This document shows, piece by piece, positions 18,166 to 27,087 of a stretch of 61,259 nt of DNA. This stretch comes from an archaeon 13_2_20CM_2_53_6 (GTDB lineage Archaea; Thermoproteota; Bathyarchaeia; 40CM-2-53-6). Below the pieces are notes generated by a model. It worked only from the letters and a program-made list of their open reading frames with translations. It was not told the origin of the DNA and searched no databases. Position 1 is the stretch's first letter. Each line of letters starts with the position of its first letter. Location of the stretch: NCBI GenBank assembly GCA_001915065.1, contig MNDT01000020.1:1-61259 (forward strand). Direction: 5' to 3'. A program made the position numbers and the translations under genes.

Positions 18166-18861
18166 CTAGGTGGATCCCGTGATCAATGAAATAACTCCGC
18201 TTGTAAAGAAGATCAGACCGAACGACAGAAGCACGAGCCCCGCTATAATATCGAGTAGCCATCGCGGGACCCGCATCAGATAATCATAGGATATCGCTGA
18301 TACGATGATGAGCACGAGCAGGCTGACCCCGGCTCCGATCAGTGTCCACTGAAAATTGTATGCTCCAGCAGCCGCGAGCACGAGGCTTGCCTCGAACCCT
18401 TCGGTAAGAGTTATTGAAAGAACCGGTAAAGAGTTGGGGACTGAGAACGGGACCACCGAGAGCCTCGGGTCAGCGCCTTCTCGTCTCAAGTCCTTCTCGA
18501 CGACCTCGCGCTCCATCCGCTCCATCTTTTCCCTGAACGACTTGTGCCTGATCGCATACTTGACAAAGCCGCGCAGGAACCGACTAGAGAAATAGAACAG
18601 AACAATGGAGGTTGCGAAATCAATGATGATGACCGGCAGAAGGAGGAAGACCTGTCGCACCGCGAGGAAAGTGACGATCGAACCAAGTCCTCCCATAACG
18701 ACTCCGAAGAGAATATTGTTTCTGCCGAGCTGTTTGATAGTGGCAAGTGAGAGGATGGCGACCTCGCTTCCTTCGACGAGTATTGCCTTGAAGGCGAGAA
18801 GGAACGAACCGATTATGACAACCGTCGGATCAGTCAAGATTCCCTGAATTCCTATGTGCAA
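18166..18861 (-). CDS. Integral membrane protein with duplicated EGxE motif (putative metal transporter)
   Basis: VEGSE and TEGFE in two 3-TM halves. Confidence 0.6.
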   Translation of the reverse strand: MHIGIQGILTDPTVVIIGSFLLAFKAILVEGSEVAILSLATIKQLGRNNILFGVVMGGLGSIVTFLAVRQVFLLLPVIIIDFATSIVLFYFSSRFLRGFVKYAIRHKSFREKMERMEREVVEKDLRREGADPRLSVVPFSVPNSLPVLSITLTEGFEASLVLAAAGAYNFQWTLIGAGVSLLVLIIVSAISYDYLMRVPRWLLDIIAGLVLLSFGLIFFTSGVISLITGST

Positions 18862-18936
18862 ACGGTCCTGTTTGCCCGCGTGTCTTTAGAGTTTGTTAGA
18901 GTGGGCCTTCCCGGCTCCCTCTAGTCGTTTTTCCAG

Positions 18937-19545
18937 TTACCATCGGTCATAGTGCGTAAACTGTTCTAGAGGCTTCCGTCTTGGAGGTCCAAGTTTGACG
19001 GTAGGATATCCAAGATATACCAGACATGCTATCTTGACATGGTCAGGGATGCGGAGTATCTTCTTGACCTCGGGCTCGCCTCGGGTCGATGTGGACCCGT
19101 GGACAGTTAGGCATGTTCCCAGTCCCATCGCATGTGCGGCGAGCATTAGGTTCTGTACAGACGGCAAAATACTGGCATAGCGGACCTCTTCACTCTTGCT
19201 CACCCGGTTCAGGTCTATGCAGCAGTAGATTATCGCGGGAACCTTCTCAGTATTCCTCAGCATCTCGGTCGCGTCATCGTACACTTCCTTCATGCGGCCA
19301 GTCATTCTGGGTCCGCTGCTCAGCCTCTCCAGCCATGTCCTCAACATCGGTTCGGCGAGGCGAGCCTTCACTCTGGCGTCTCGAACAACCACGAACTCCC
19401 ATGGTTGCGTATTGCTACCGGAAGCAGCTCTGGTTGCGGCTTTGAGTATCGAACGAATGATCTCATCTGACACGGGGTCCTGTCTGAACTTGCGAACTGA
19501 TCTTAACGAGTTGATTCCGTGAAGCAGAGTCATCTCTTTCGACAT
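18937..19545 (-). CDS. Nitroreductase family protein
   Basis: RSVRKF, AASGSNTQPWEF, QNLMLAAHAMGLGT, LGYP. Confidence 0.92.
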   Translation of the reverse strand: MSKEMTLLHGINSLRSVRKFRQDPVSDEIIRSILKAATRAASGSNTQPWEFVVVRDARVKARLAEPMLRTWLERLSSGPRMTGRMKEVYDDATEMLRNTEKVPAIIYCCIDLNRVSKSEEVRYASILPSVQNLMLAAHAMGLGTCLTVHGSTSTRGEPEVKKILRIPDHVKIACLVYLGYPTVKLGPPRRKPLEQFTHYDRW

Positions 19546-19606
19546 GGCGCTCTGCCGCTGTAATTCTCAAGGTTAAAGGCTCGCGCCAACATGGAATAAT
19601 CCCCGT

Positions 19607-20236
19607 TTGTCCAAAACGTCACCCGCTAGATTGAAGGTTGCAGTCGACCTGGACGGGGTCTTGGCAGAGTCGATGCTCGTCTGGTGCGACCGAGCCAACA
19701 AGGAATTCGGGACACACCTGAAAATGGAGGAGCTAGACAGCTGGTCCTCTTGGAAGAGATTCTCTATCTCCAAAGACGACTTCTACCGGCTCCTCGACCA
19801 GACTTGGATAGACTGGGAACAGATCCCGCCAACCGAGCCTGGACTCGCAGACAAGGTAGCGCGGATCGAGAAGTTTGGAGACATAGATATCGTAACCGGC
19901 CGTAGCAAGGGTACAGAAGCGGCCGCGAAGAGTTGGGTCGAGAACCAGAAAGTTCGATACCGCCATTTCGTCAGGGTCGCTGGTTGGCGAGACAAGATCC
20001 ATCTCAACTATGACGTCTATATCGACGATGCTCCCGACTTGATGCCGCTCGTCTCGCACAACCCGACGGCTTGGGCCATTCTCTACGACCGGCCCTGGAA
20101 TCGGGACGTGCCGCGCATGCGGAAGGTTCTCAAAGCCGAGAGGTGGAGGCAGATTCCAGGATTGTTGAAGAAGATACAGGAAGTCAGGATACAGAATGAT
20201 GGTTCCAGGAAACCAGACTCTTATACGAGAACGTGA
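19607..20236 (+). CDS. HAD-family 5'(3')-deoxyribonucleotidase-like protein
   Basis: VDLDGVL, IVTGR, VYIDD, PWN. Confidence 0.8.
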   Translation: MSKTSPARLKVAVDLDGVLAESMLVWCDRANKEFGTHLKMEELDSWSSWKRFSISKDDFYRLLDQTWIDWEQIPPTEPGLADKVARIEKFGDIDIVTGRSKGTEAAAKSWVENQKVRYRHFVRVAGWRDKIHLNYDVYIDDAPDLMPLVSHNPTAWAILYDRPWNRDVPRMRKVLKAERWRQIPGLLKKIQEVRIQNDGSRKPDSYTRT

Positions 20237-20263
20237 CGCTGTCTAGAAATCGAGGGCATACTA

Positions 20264-20674
20264 TTGAAAGGCGAATACCAGGCCCCGAACGAGCTAGTCT
20301 ACACAAAGGAGCATGAGTGGCTCCGATTAGAGGGCGACAAATGTCGCATAGGCGTCACGGATTACGCCCAGGCCTCGCTCCACGAAATAGTATATGTTGA
20401 CCTGCCCAAGGTAGGGGCGAAGGTGGCTCAGATGCAGAGCCTCGGAACCGTGGAGTCAGTCAAGGCCGTGGCCGACGTATACAGCCCCATCGCCGGTGTC
20501 GTCCTCGAAGTCAACAATGAGCTCTCCGACGCCCCCGAACTTGTCAACAAGAGTCCCTACGAGAAAGGATGGATCACCGTAATCCAGCCGGACGATCTGA
20601 AGAAGGATCTCCCCTCACTAATGAAGCCCGAAGCCTACCGGGACTTTGTGAAGAAGATCACCGAGAAGAAATAG
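20264..20674 (+). CDS. gcvH: Glycine cleavage system H protein
   Basis: YTKEHEW, GVTDYAQ, VESVKA lipoyl-Lys, PYEKGW. Confidence 0.95.
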   Translation: MKGEYQAPNELVYTKEHEWLRLEGDKCRIGVTDYAQASLHEIVYVDLPKVGAKVAQMQSLGTVESVKAVADVYSPIAGVVLEVNNELSDAPELVNKSPYEKGWITVIQPDDLKKDLPSLMKPEAYRDFVKKITEKK

Positions 20675-20821
20675 CTGCCATTCTGCAATATGCGTCAACT
20701 GTTTGGTCTTCAACTCCGACCACTCTCAGGCTTCTCGAATCTGAACGCACTTTTGGGCACCTAGGAAGTTTATTTCTCAGAAGTACAATGCAATAGACCC
20801 TCAACCATCGGGGATCTCGCA

Positions 20822-23677
20822 GTGCAAGAAGCATTCACTCTACTCTCACCGCCCTTGAAGGGTCTTCTGCAAGAGACTGGGATCTCCGCCCCAACCCCTC
20901 CTCAGGCAGAGGCGATTCCCTTCATCGTTCAAGGCGAGAATGTCTTAGTCATCGCGCCAACTGGATCAGGGAAGACAGAGGCTGCTCTCCTACCACTCAT
21001 AGACAAGATGGTCCAGGACGGGAATCGACAAGGAATCTCGCTGCTCTACATCACTCCCCTCAGAGCACTAAACCGCGATCTCCTCAAACGACTCCAGGTC
21101 TGGTCAGCTAAACTAGGCTTCACGGTCGAGGTCAGGCATGGTGACACTCCTGCGGTTGATCGCCGGAGAATGGCCGGGAGACCCCCGGATCTTCTGATAA
21201 CTACTCCGGAAACACTGCAGGCAATCCTTCCTGGAAGGAGGATGAGACAGCACCTTCGGCATGTCAAGGCAGTAGTGGTCGACGAGGTTCACGAACTGGC
21301 GGGAGATCGTCGCGGCGTCCAGCTGACAGTTGGGCTAGAACGACTGAGAGAAGCGCGTCCGGAAGGGTTCCAGAGAGTGGGACTCTCGGCGACCGTTGGG
21401 AATCCCGAAGAGATTTCTCGATTTCTCGGCGGCTCTGAGCCGGTCAGGATTGTTCAGATTCCTCTTGGCAAAGATACACGGTACAAGATCGAGTATCCGC
21501 CCCCCGGTGAGGAGGATCAGGAACTCGCTCGACGCCTCTACACGGCCCCTGAGGCTGCCGCACGACTGGCCTTGGTATCTGATCTTGTCGAGGCGCACGA
21601 TTCGACTCTGATCTTCGTCAACAGCCGGGTCAACGCTGAGATGCTCGGCTCGAAGTTCAACATGATGGACCAGAAGATAATGGTCCACCATGGCTCGTTG
21701 CCCAAAGAAGAGCGGGTCCGGGCTGAGGAAGCCTTCAAGGCCCGCCAGATCAAGGGACTAGTCTGCACGAGCACCCTAGAGCTGGGCATCGACATCGGCT
21801 CCGTCGACCTCGTCGTCCAGTACATGTCCCCGCGGCAGGTAAACAGCCTCGTCCAGCGAGTAGGGAGATCCGGACACAGTCTGACCAGGACCTCACAGGG
21901 AGTTCTAGTATCTGTTTCGACAGAGGATCTCTTGGAGTCGATAGGAGTCATCGAACTAGCCAAGGAGGGCCGGCTCGAGCCAACAATCATCCACCACGGG
22001 GCGCTCGATGTCCTCGCGCATCAGATCGCCGGCCTATTGATGGACTCTGAAGGCAGCGTCTCCTTCACACACATCAAGCAGGTCCTGTCGAGAGCGTTTC
22101 CCTACTCTAGGCTTGAGGATGCTGAGCTGGAGAAGGTTGTCGAGTTCATGCGGAAGATGGGCTACCTCAAACGAGACGATCAGCATCTCTACCGGACTTC
22201 TCGGACGAGACTGTACTACTACGAGAACCTCAGCATGATTCCGGACGAGCGGCGCTATCCCGTGATTGATCTAACCAACCAGCAGTCGGTGGGGATACTC
22301 GGCGAAGAGTTCATGCTAACAATGGCTCATGTCGGCCTCAACTTCATCGTCAAGGGACGGGTCTGGCAGATGAAACAGATCACCGACGATGGGAAAGTGT
22401 ACGTCCTACCCGTGAACGATCCTACCGCGGCCATTCCCGGATGGGATGGCCAAATACTCCCGGTGCCGGGCACTCTTGCCGTCCGAGTTGGCGAATACCG
22501 GAAACAGATCGATAGGTTGTTGGACGAACACAAGGCCCGCGCTCCTGTTGTCGAGAAGTTCTCGCGAATATGGCCTGCGGACCCGTATGGAGTACGCAGG
22601 GTCGTTGAAGAGATAGAAACCCACAGAGCCACAGGCGCACCAGTCCCGACCAACGATCGGGTCCTGATCGAAGGATTCGACCGCTACATCATAATTCACA
22701 CCCACTTCGGAGACGTCCTCAACTTCACCCTAGGCGAGGTGATCGAGGAGCTCTTCCGACGCCAAGGCCTCGTGCGAATGTGGTGGTGGGACTCTTACCG
22801 GATACTGTACGAGATGACGGCGGACACGGCAGACCTGGATCTTGAAGATCTCTTCCTAAAACAGGTCTTCGGGGTTGACGAGCCAGTCCTGGGAGGCGCC
22901 TGTCACGGTGTCTTGCACCGACACTTTCCCTGGGAACTGCAGATGAAGCAGATCGCTGAGAGGTTTGGAGCATTGAGCCGTGGACGACTCATGTATGGTG
23001 GCGCAATGAAAGAGCTACAGGTCCGTTTCCGGCTGACCCCAATCTACGACGAGACCATTCGCGAGGCGCAAGTCGAACGGGCCGACTTTGAAGGAGTCAA
23101 GAAGATCTTCAAGCAGATCAAAGAACAGAATATGGAAGTCAGATTCTTCCGATCAAGAGACAAGCCGACACCACTAGCTTATCACATCCTCTACCGCCAT
23201 GTTGACATTCCAGAGCTGATTGCTCCGGAGAATTTTGCAGCCGACAATATGGCGCGGCTGCGGATCTCGATTGAAGGACGAGCCATCGACCTGCTCTGCT
23301 TCGAATGCGGGAGTCTCGCCACCGACATCACGATCGCCGATCTACCCGCTAATCCTTCCTGTCCGAAGTGTAGCTCCAAACTTCTAGCGCCTGTCTTCTG
23401 GTCTAGTGGTTATGTGGCAGGCGTTCTCCACAAAAAGCGAAACAAGCAAGCACTGGACGAGAATGAGCAGAAGGCGTTGACTAGGGCGCGCCGTTCAGGC
23501 GATCTGGTCATTGCATATGGGAAGAGGGCTGTTATCGCACAGTCTGTTTACGGGATTGGTCCTCAGACAGCCAGCAGGGTCTTATCGAAGATGCATGAGA
23601 GCGATGATGAATTCTACAGGGACCTCTTAGAGGCCAAGCTACAATTCATAACAACAAGACCTTACTGGAACAATTGA
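20822..23677 (+). CDS. Lhr-family SF2 helicase with C-terminal Zn ribbon
   Basis: APTGSGKT, ITPLRAL, DEVH, LSAT, LELGIDIG, QRVGRSGH; CFEC/CPKC. Confidence 0.9.
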   Translation: MQEAFTLLSPPLKGLLQETGISAPTPPQAEAIPFIVQGENVLVIAPTGSGKTEAALLPLIDKMVQDGNRQGISLLYITPLRALNRDLLKRLQVWSAKLGFTVEVRHGDTPAVDRRRMAGRPPDLLITTPETLQAILPGRRMRQHLRHVKAVVVDEVHELAGDRRGVQLTVGLERLREARPEGFQRVGLSATVGNPEEISRFLGGSEPVRIVQIPLGKDTRYKIEYPPPGEEDQELARRLYTAPEAAARLALVSDLVEAHDSTLIFVNSRVNAEMLGSKFNMMDQKIMVHHGSLPKEERVRAEEAFKARQIKGLVCTSTLELGIDIGSVDLVVQYMSPRQVNSLVQRVGRSGHSLTRTSQGVLVSVSTEDLLESIGVIELAKEGRLEPTIIHHGALDVLAHQIAGLLMDSEGSVSFTHIKQVLSRAFPYSRLEDAELEKVVEFMRKMGYLKRDDQHLYRTSRTRLYYYENLSMIPDERRYPVIDLTNQQSVGILGEEFMLTMAHVGLNFIVKGRVWQMKQITDDGKVYVLPVNDPTAAIPGWDGQILPVPGTLAVRVGEYRKQIDRLLDEHKARAPVVEKFSRIWPADPYGVRRVVEEIETHRATGAPVPTNDRVLIEGFDRYIIIHTHFGDVLNFTLGEVIEELFRRQGLVRMWWWDSYRILYEMTADTADLDLEDLFLKQVFGVDEPVLGGACHGVLHRHFPWELQMKQIAERFGALSRGRLMYGGAMKELQVRFRLTPIYDETIREAQVERADFEGVKKIFKQIKEQNMEVRFFRSRDKPTPLAYHILYRHVDIPELIAPENFAADNMARLRISIEGRAIDLLCFECGSLATDITIADLPANPSCPKCSSKLLAPVFWSSGYVAGVLHKKRNKQALDENEQKALTRARRSGDLVIAYGKRAVIAQSVYGIGPQTASRVLSKMHESDDEFYRDLLEAKLQFITTRPYWNN

Positions 23678-23693
23678 ATTCTGTTGCCTAGGG

Positions 23694-24593
23694 TCAGCGT
23701 GCTATTTTTGCGATAATCTGAGACGGTCTCTTGCTTCTTAGCCTCTCCGATCTAGGAATCCTATTCGTGTCCCTTCTGAACAGAAACTCAACCTTCCAGC
23801 CCGACTGAGAGTTACCAGCCAGTTTCTGTTTGATGATTTTTCCCAGTCCACGATCTATCTCGAAACCCCAGCTGCTACGCCCGAGTTCCTGGGCAACCTT
23901 CATGGTGGTTCCTGATCCGAGGAACGGGTCCAGAACTGTTTCGCCGTGAAAGCTGAAGAGTCTGATTAGCCGTTTCGGAATCTCTTCCGGGAATGCTGCT
24001 ACGCCCTTCTCCAAACGCTGGCCCATAGGCAGAACGTTTGTAATGTTCCACACAGTCAGAGCCCACCCCTCACCATTGTAGGCGTCTATCGGAATTCTCG
24101 ACTTCTCGAGCTCCTTTGCAGGGAGCCCTCGTAAGTATGAGTAGTCGAACTTCCCCTTCTGGAAGACGAGAATGCTTTCCTGAATATTGTCCGGATAATA
24201 GTACATCGGATAGGGGTGCTGAATTACGACCCCGCTACGACGGCTTATTCGTACGTATCCTTTCGGTTTGACCCATACGATCCTGTCTCTGTATCGAAAA
24301 CCTGCATCGAGCATCAGCCTCGTAACATCAGCAACAACGGGATACTTCTGACCCTTCACTAGCATATCGTCAGTGACGAAGCATGCTACCCGCCCAGGGG
24401 CCATCACACGATACAGATCTTTGGACAGATCTCGAACAAGTTGGAGGAACTCCTCGTATGTCTCGAAGAGGTCGGGATATTCGAAAGGTGCATTGTAGTA
24501 TGGTGGGCTCGTGACCATTAGGTGGATCGTGCCATCAGGGATTTCCTTCATAGTCTTGCAGTCGCCGAAGACAACCCGATGGAATGGTTTCAA
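23694..24593 (-). CDS. Beta-class N4-C/N6-A DNA methyltransferase (orphan)
   Basis: TSPPY precedes VLDPFLGSGTT; no endonuclease adjacent. Confidence 0.88.
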   Translation of the reverse strand: MKPFHRVVFGDCKTMKEIPDGTIHLMVTSPPYYNAPFEYPDLFETYEEFLQLVRDLSKDLYRVMAPGRVACFVTDDMLVKGQKYPVVADVTRLMLDAGFRYRDRIVWVKPKGYVRISRRSGVVIQHPYPMYYYPDNIQESILVFQKGKFDYSYLRGLPAKELEKSRIPIDAYNGEGWALTVWNITNVLPMGQRLEKGVAAFPEEIPKRLIRLFSFHGETVLDPFLGSGTTMKVAQELGRSSWGFEIDRGLGKIIKQKLAGNSQSGWKVEFLFRRDTNRIPRSERLRSKRPSQIIAKIAR

Positions 24594-24821
24594 TCGAGAA
24601 CGATGAGCCGATGTGGAGTTCCACTTTAAAGATTGATGACTTGTCTCGGAAGGCCACTTTCACATTGACTCCGCGGGTCCTTGTTCCCCCACTTATCCCA
24701 CTCTCTGCAAACAAGGAACCAGCGGGGGCTTGCCACCGATATTCCTCTCAAGCGAATCGGGTGTCTTTCAGGAAAGCGTTTTCTACGAGAATAGTAACTT
24801 GAAAGATGGGCGGCCGCATCG

Positions 24822-26978
24822 TTGCTCAATCCTCTAATATCCCATGTTCAAAGCGAAGCCTCCTCAAGCGCACAGCGCCATCATCTCAACAATCTCGCAC
24901 GAAAAGGACGTGGTAGCTCCAAACCAGAGACGAACTCGCAGATCACTCAGAGAGGCATAGCAAGAAGGTCAAGGTACTATCTTTGCGGAACCATCTTCCT
25001 CGTACTTTTTTTCTCGATTGCGAATGCGAGCGGCGGTCATGAAGCTGGGATTAAGGCCACTCTACCAGGGCCTATCCCTACCGTTGTAGGAGACTCTTCT
25101 TTCAGTTACTCTTCGCAGTGGGGCTCGTACGGCGGCCCGATAATGCCCAACGGAGTTACGGTGGACCCCTCGGGCAACGTGTACATCGCCGACGCCAAGA
25201 ACTATGCCATAGTCAAGCTGGCAAGAGACGGATCATTCGTCACCTCATGGGGATCCTACGGCACAGGACCCGGACAGTTCCGCAATCCAGAAGGGGTTGC
25301 TCTTGACGCTTCCGGAAACGTGTACGTTACAGATTCAGTCAACAACAACCTTGAGAAGTTTACGAACGCAGGCATTTTCATTACGTCCTGGAGCACTTGG
25401 AATACGACAAACGTCCTCAGGAACCCTATAGGTCTGAGCGTCAATGCTACCGGCTTCGTGTATGTCGCAGACCAGGGAAACCAGCGGGTGGAGATCTTCA
25501 GAAGCGACGGAACCTACGTAAGTTCGTTTGGTGGTCTAGGCTCGAACCTAGTTGGAAAGTTTCAGAGCCCCTTCGGGGTGGCAGTAGGGCCCACGTACGT
25601 CTACGTGAGTGACGCTTCATTTCAGTCGGGTAATATTACAGAATTCACGAAAACGGGAGGTTTCGTCTGCGCATGGGGGAGCAGCTCCTTGTTTCAGCCC
25701 GCGATGGTAGCCACGGACAACGTGTCCAACGTATACGTCACCGACAATCTTGAGAACGATGTTGTGAAGTTTAGCGCGTGCAACGACACGGCTGTCTGGA
25801 TTTCAGGCTCAACAGGCGGTTTCCCAGGACAGTTCAACAGTCCGGTTGGCGTGGCCGTCGACAGCGGGATGAACGTCTATGTCGGGGACTCAAACAACTT
25901 TAGGATTCAGAAACTATCAGCTGGCACAGGAGGCTACCTCTCGAGTCTCACATACCCAAGACCGGGCATGTTTTCTAATCCCTATGATGACGCATTTGAC
26001 GGCCTAGGCCACGTCTATGTTGCGGATGAGGGCAACAATCGGGTTCAGATGTTTTCACTAGCCGGAGTTTTTGTGCTGGCTTGGGGAACGACTGGAACCG
26101 GAAACGGCCAATTCAACGCTCCAGTCGGAATCGCGCTCGACCATGCTGGGAACGTCTATGTGGCCGACTCATCGAATAATCGAGTAGAGAAATTCTCTCC
26201 AGACGGCACCTTCATCACAACGTGGGGTACGTTCGGGGCCGGCAATGGACAATTCTATAGCCCGTTCGGCGTTGCGATCGACAGCTCAAACAATGTCTAC
26301 GTGACGGATTACTCCAATAACAGAGTCGAAAAGTTCGACAGTTCGGGAATTTTCCTGGCAAAATGGGGATCCTCCGGCGCAGGTAACGACCAGTTCAGCG
26401 GTCCAATAGGGATTGCAGTGGACGGCTCGAACAATGTGTATGTCAGCGACTCGTCCAACAATCGCGTCGAGAAGTTCACGAGTTCTGGTACTTTCCTGAC
26501 AACTTGGGGAAGTTTTGGTTCAGGAAATGGACAGTTGAATTTTCCGGGGCATTTGTCTTTGGATTCAGCTGGAAACGTGTACTTGGCGGATACTTACAAT
26601 AACCGGCTCCAAGAGTTTACCGGCAGCGGCACGTTTCTCACATCCTTTGGAACAGTGGGCTCGGGAAACGGCCAATTAGTCTATCCTGAGGGTCTAGCGA
26701 TTGACAATTCGGGAAATGTCTACGTCTCTGATACAGGCAACCCATCAGGAGTTGGCAATAGCCGGATTGAAGTCTTCGCCCCGGCATCGGGGAGCGTTGG
26801 CGGAGTTACAGTGCCAGTGGACAAATTTGCTTTGCTAGCTGTGTATCTAGGCCCTCTGCTGGCGGCCTTGGGAGCAGTGATCACACTAATCATTCTTGCC
26901 AACAGATACAGATACATGAAACAAGCGACAGCGGTCGGAAATTGTACAACGATTCCGCTGTTCCTAGCTCCGCATTGA
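24822..26978 (+). CDS. Secreted/membrane-anchored NHL-repeat protein (about two beta-propellers)
   Basis: Repeated GQFxxPxGIAxDxxxNVYVxDxxNNRVEKF; N- and C-terminal hydrophobic segments; start uncertain. Confidence 0.9.
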   Translation: MLNPLISHVQSEASSSAQRHHLNNLARKGRGSSKPETNSQITQRGIARRSRYYLCGTIFLVLFFSIANASGGHEAGIKATLPGPIPTVVGDSSFSYSSQWGSYGGPIMPNGVTVDPSGNVYIADAKNYAIVKLARDGSFVTSWGSYGTGPGQFRNPEGVALDASGNVYVTDSVNNNLEKFTNAGIFITSWSTWNTTNVLRNPIGLSVNATGFVYVADQGNQRVEIFRSDGTYVSSFGGLGSNLVGKFQSPFGVAVGPTYVYVSDASFQSGNITEFTKTGGFVCAWGSSSLFQPAMVATDNVSNVYVTDNLENDVVKFSACNDTAVWISGSTGGFPGQFNSPVGVAVDSGMNVYVGDSNNFRIQKLSAGTGGYLSSLTYPRPGMFSNPYDDAFDGLGHVYVADEGNNRVQMFSLAGVFVLAWGTTGTGNGQFNAPVGIALDHAGNVYVADSSNNRVEKFSPDGTFITTWGTFGAGNGQFYSPFGVAIDSSNNVYVTDYSNNRVEKFDSSGIFLAKWGSSGAGNDQFSGPIGIAVDGSNNVYVSDSSNNRVEKFTSSGTFLTTWGSFGSGNGQLNFPGHLSLDSAGNVYLADTYNNRLQEFTGSGTFLTSFGTVGSGNGQLVYPEGLAIDNSGNVYVSDTGNPSGVGNSRIEVFAPASGSVGGVTVPVDKFALLAVYLGPLLAALGAVITLIILANRYRYMKQATAVGNCTTIPLFLAPH

Positions 26979-27042
26979 ATTAGGCCGCGACCTGGACGGA
27001 TCGAAGGCAGTGTCTACCGTTCTATTTTTGAGGCGTCTTACA

Positions 27043-27071
27043 AAAAGAGGGTTTGGGAGGATTCTCCTCCC
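27043..27071 (-). terminator. Hairpin plus T-tract downstream of the S53 gene
   Basis: GGGAGGA-TTC-TCCTCCC at 27055-27071; TTTTT shortly after on the minus strand. Confidence 0.5.
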
Positions 27072-27087
27072 CCGTCTTCACTTTAGC

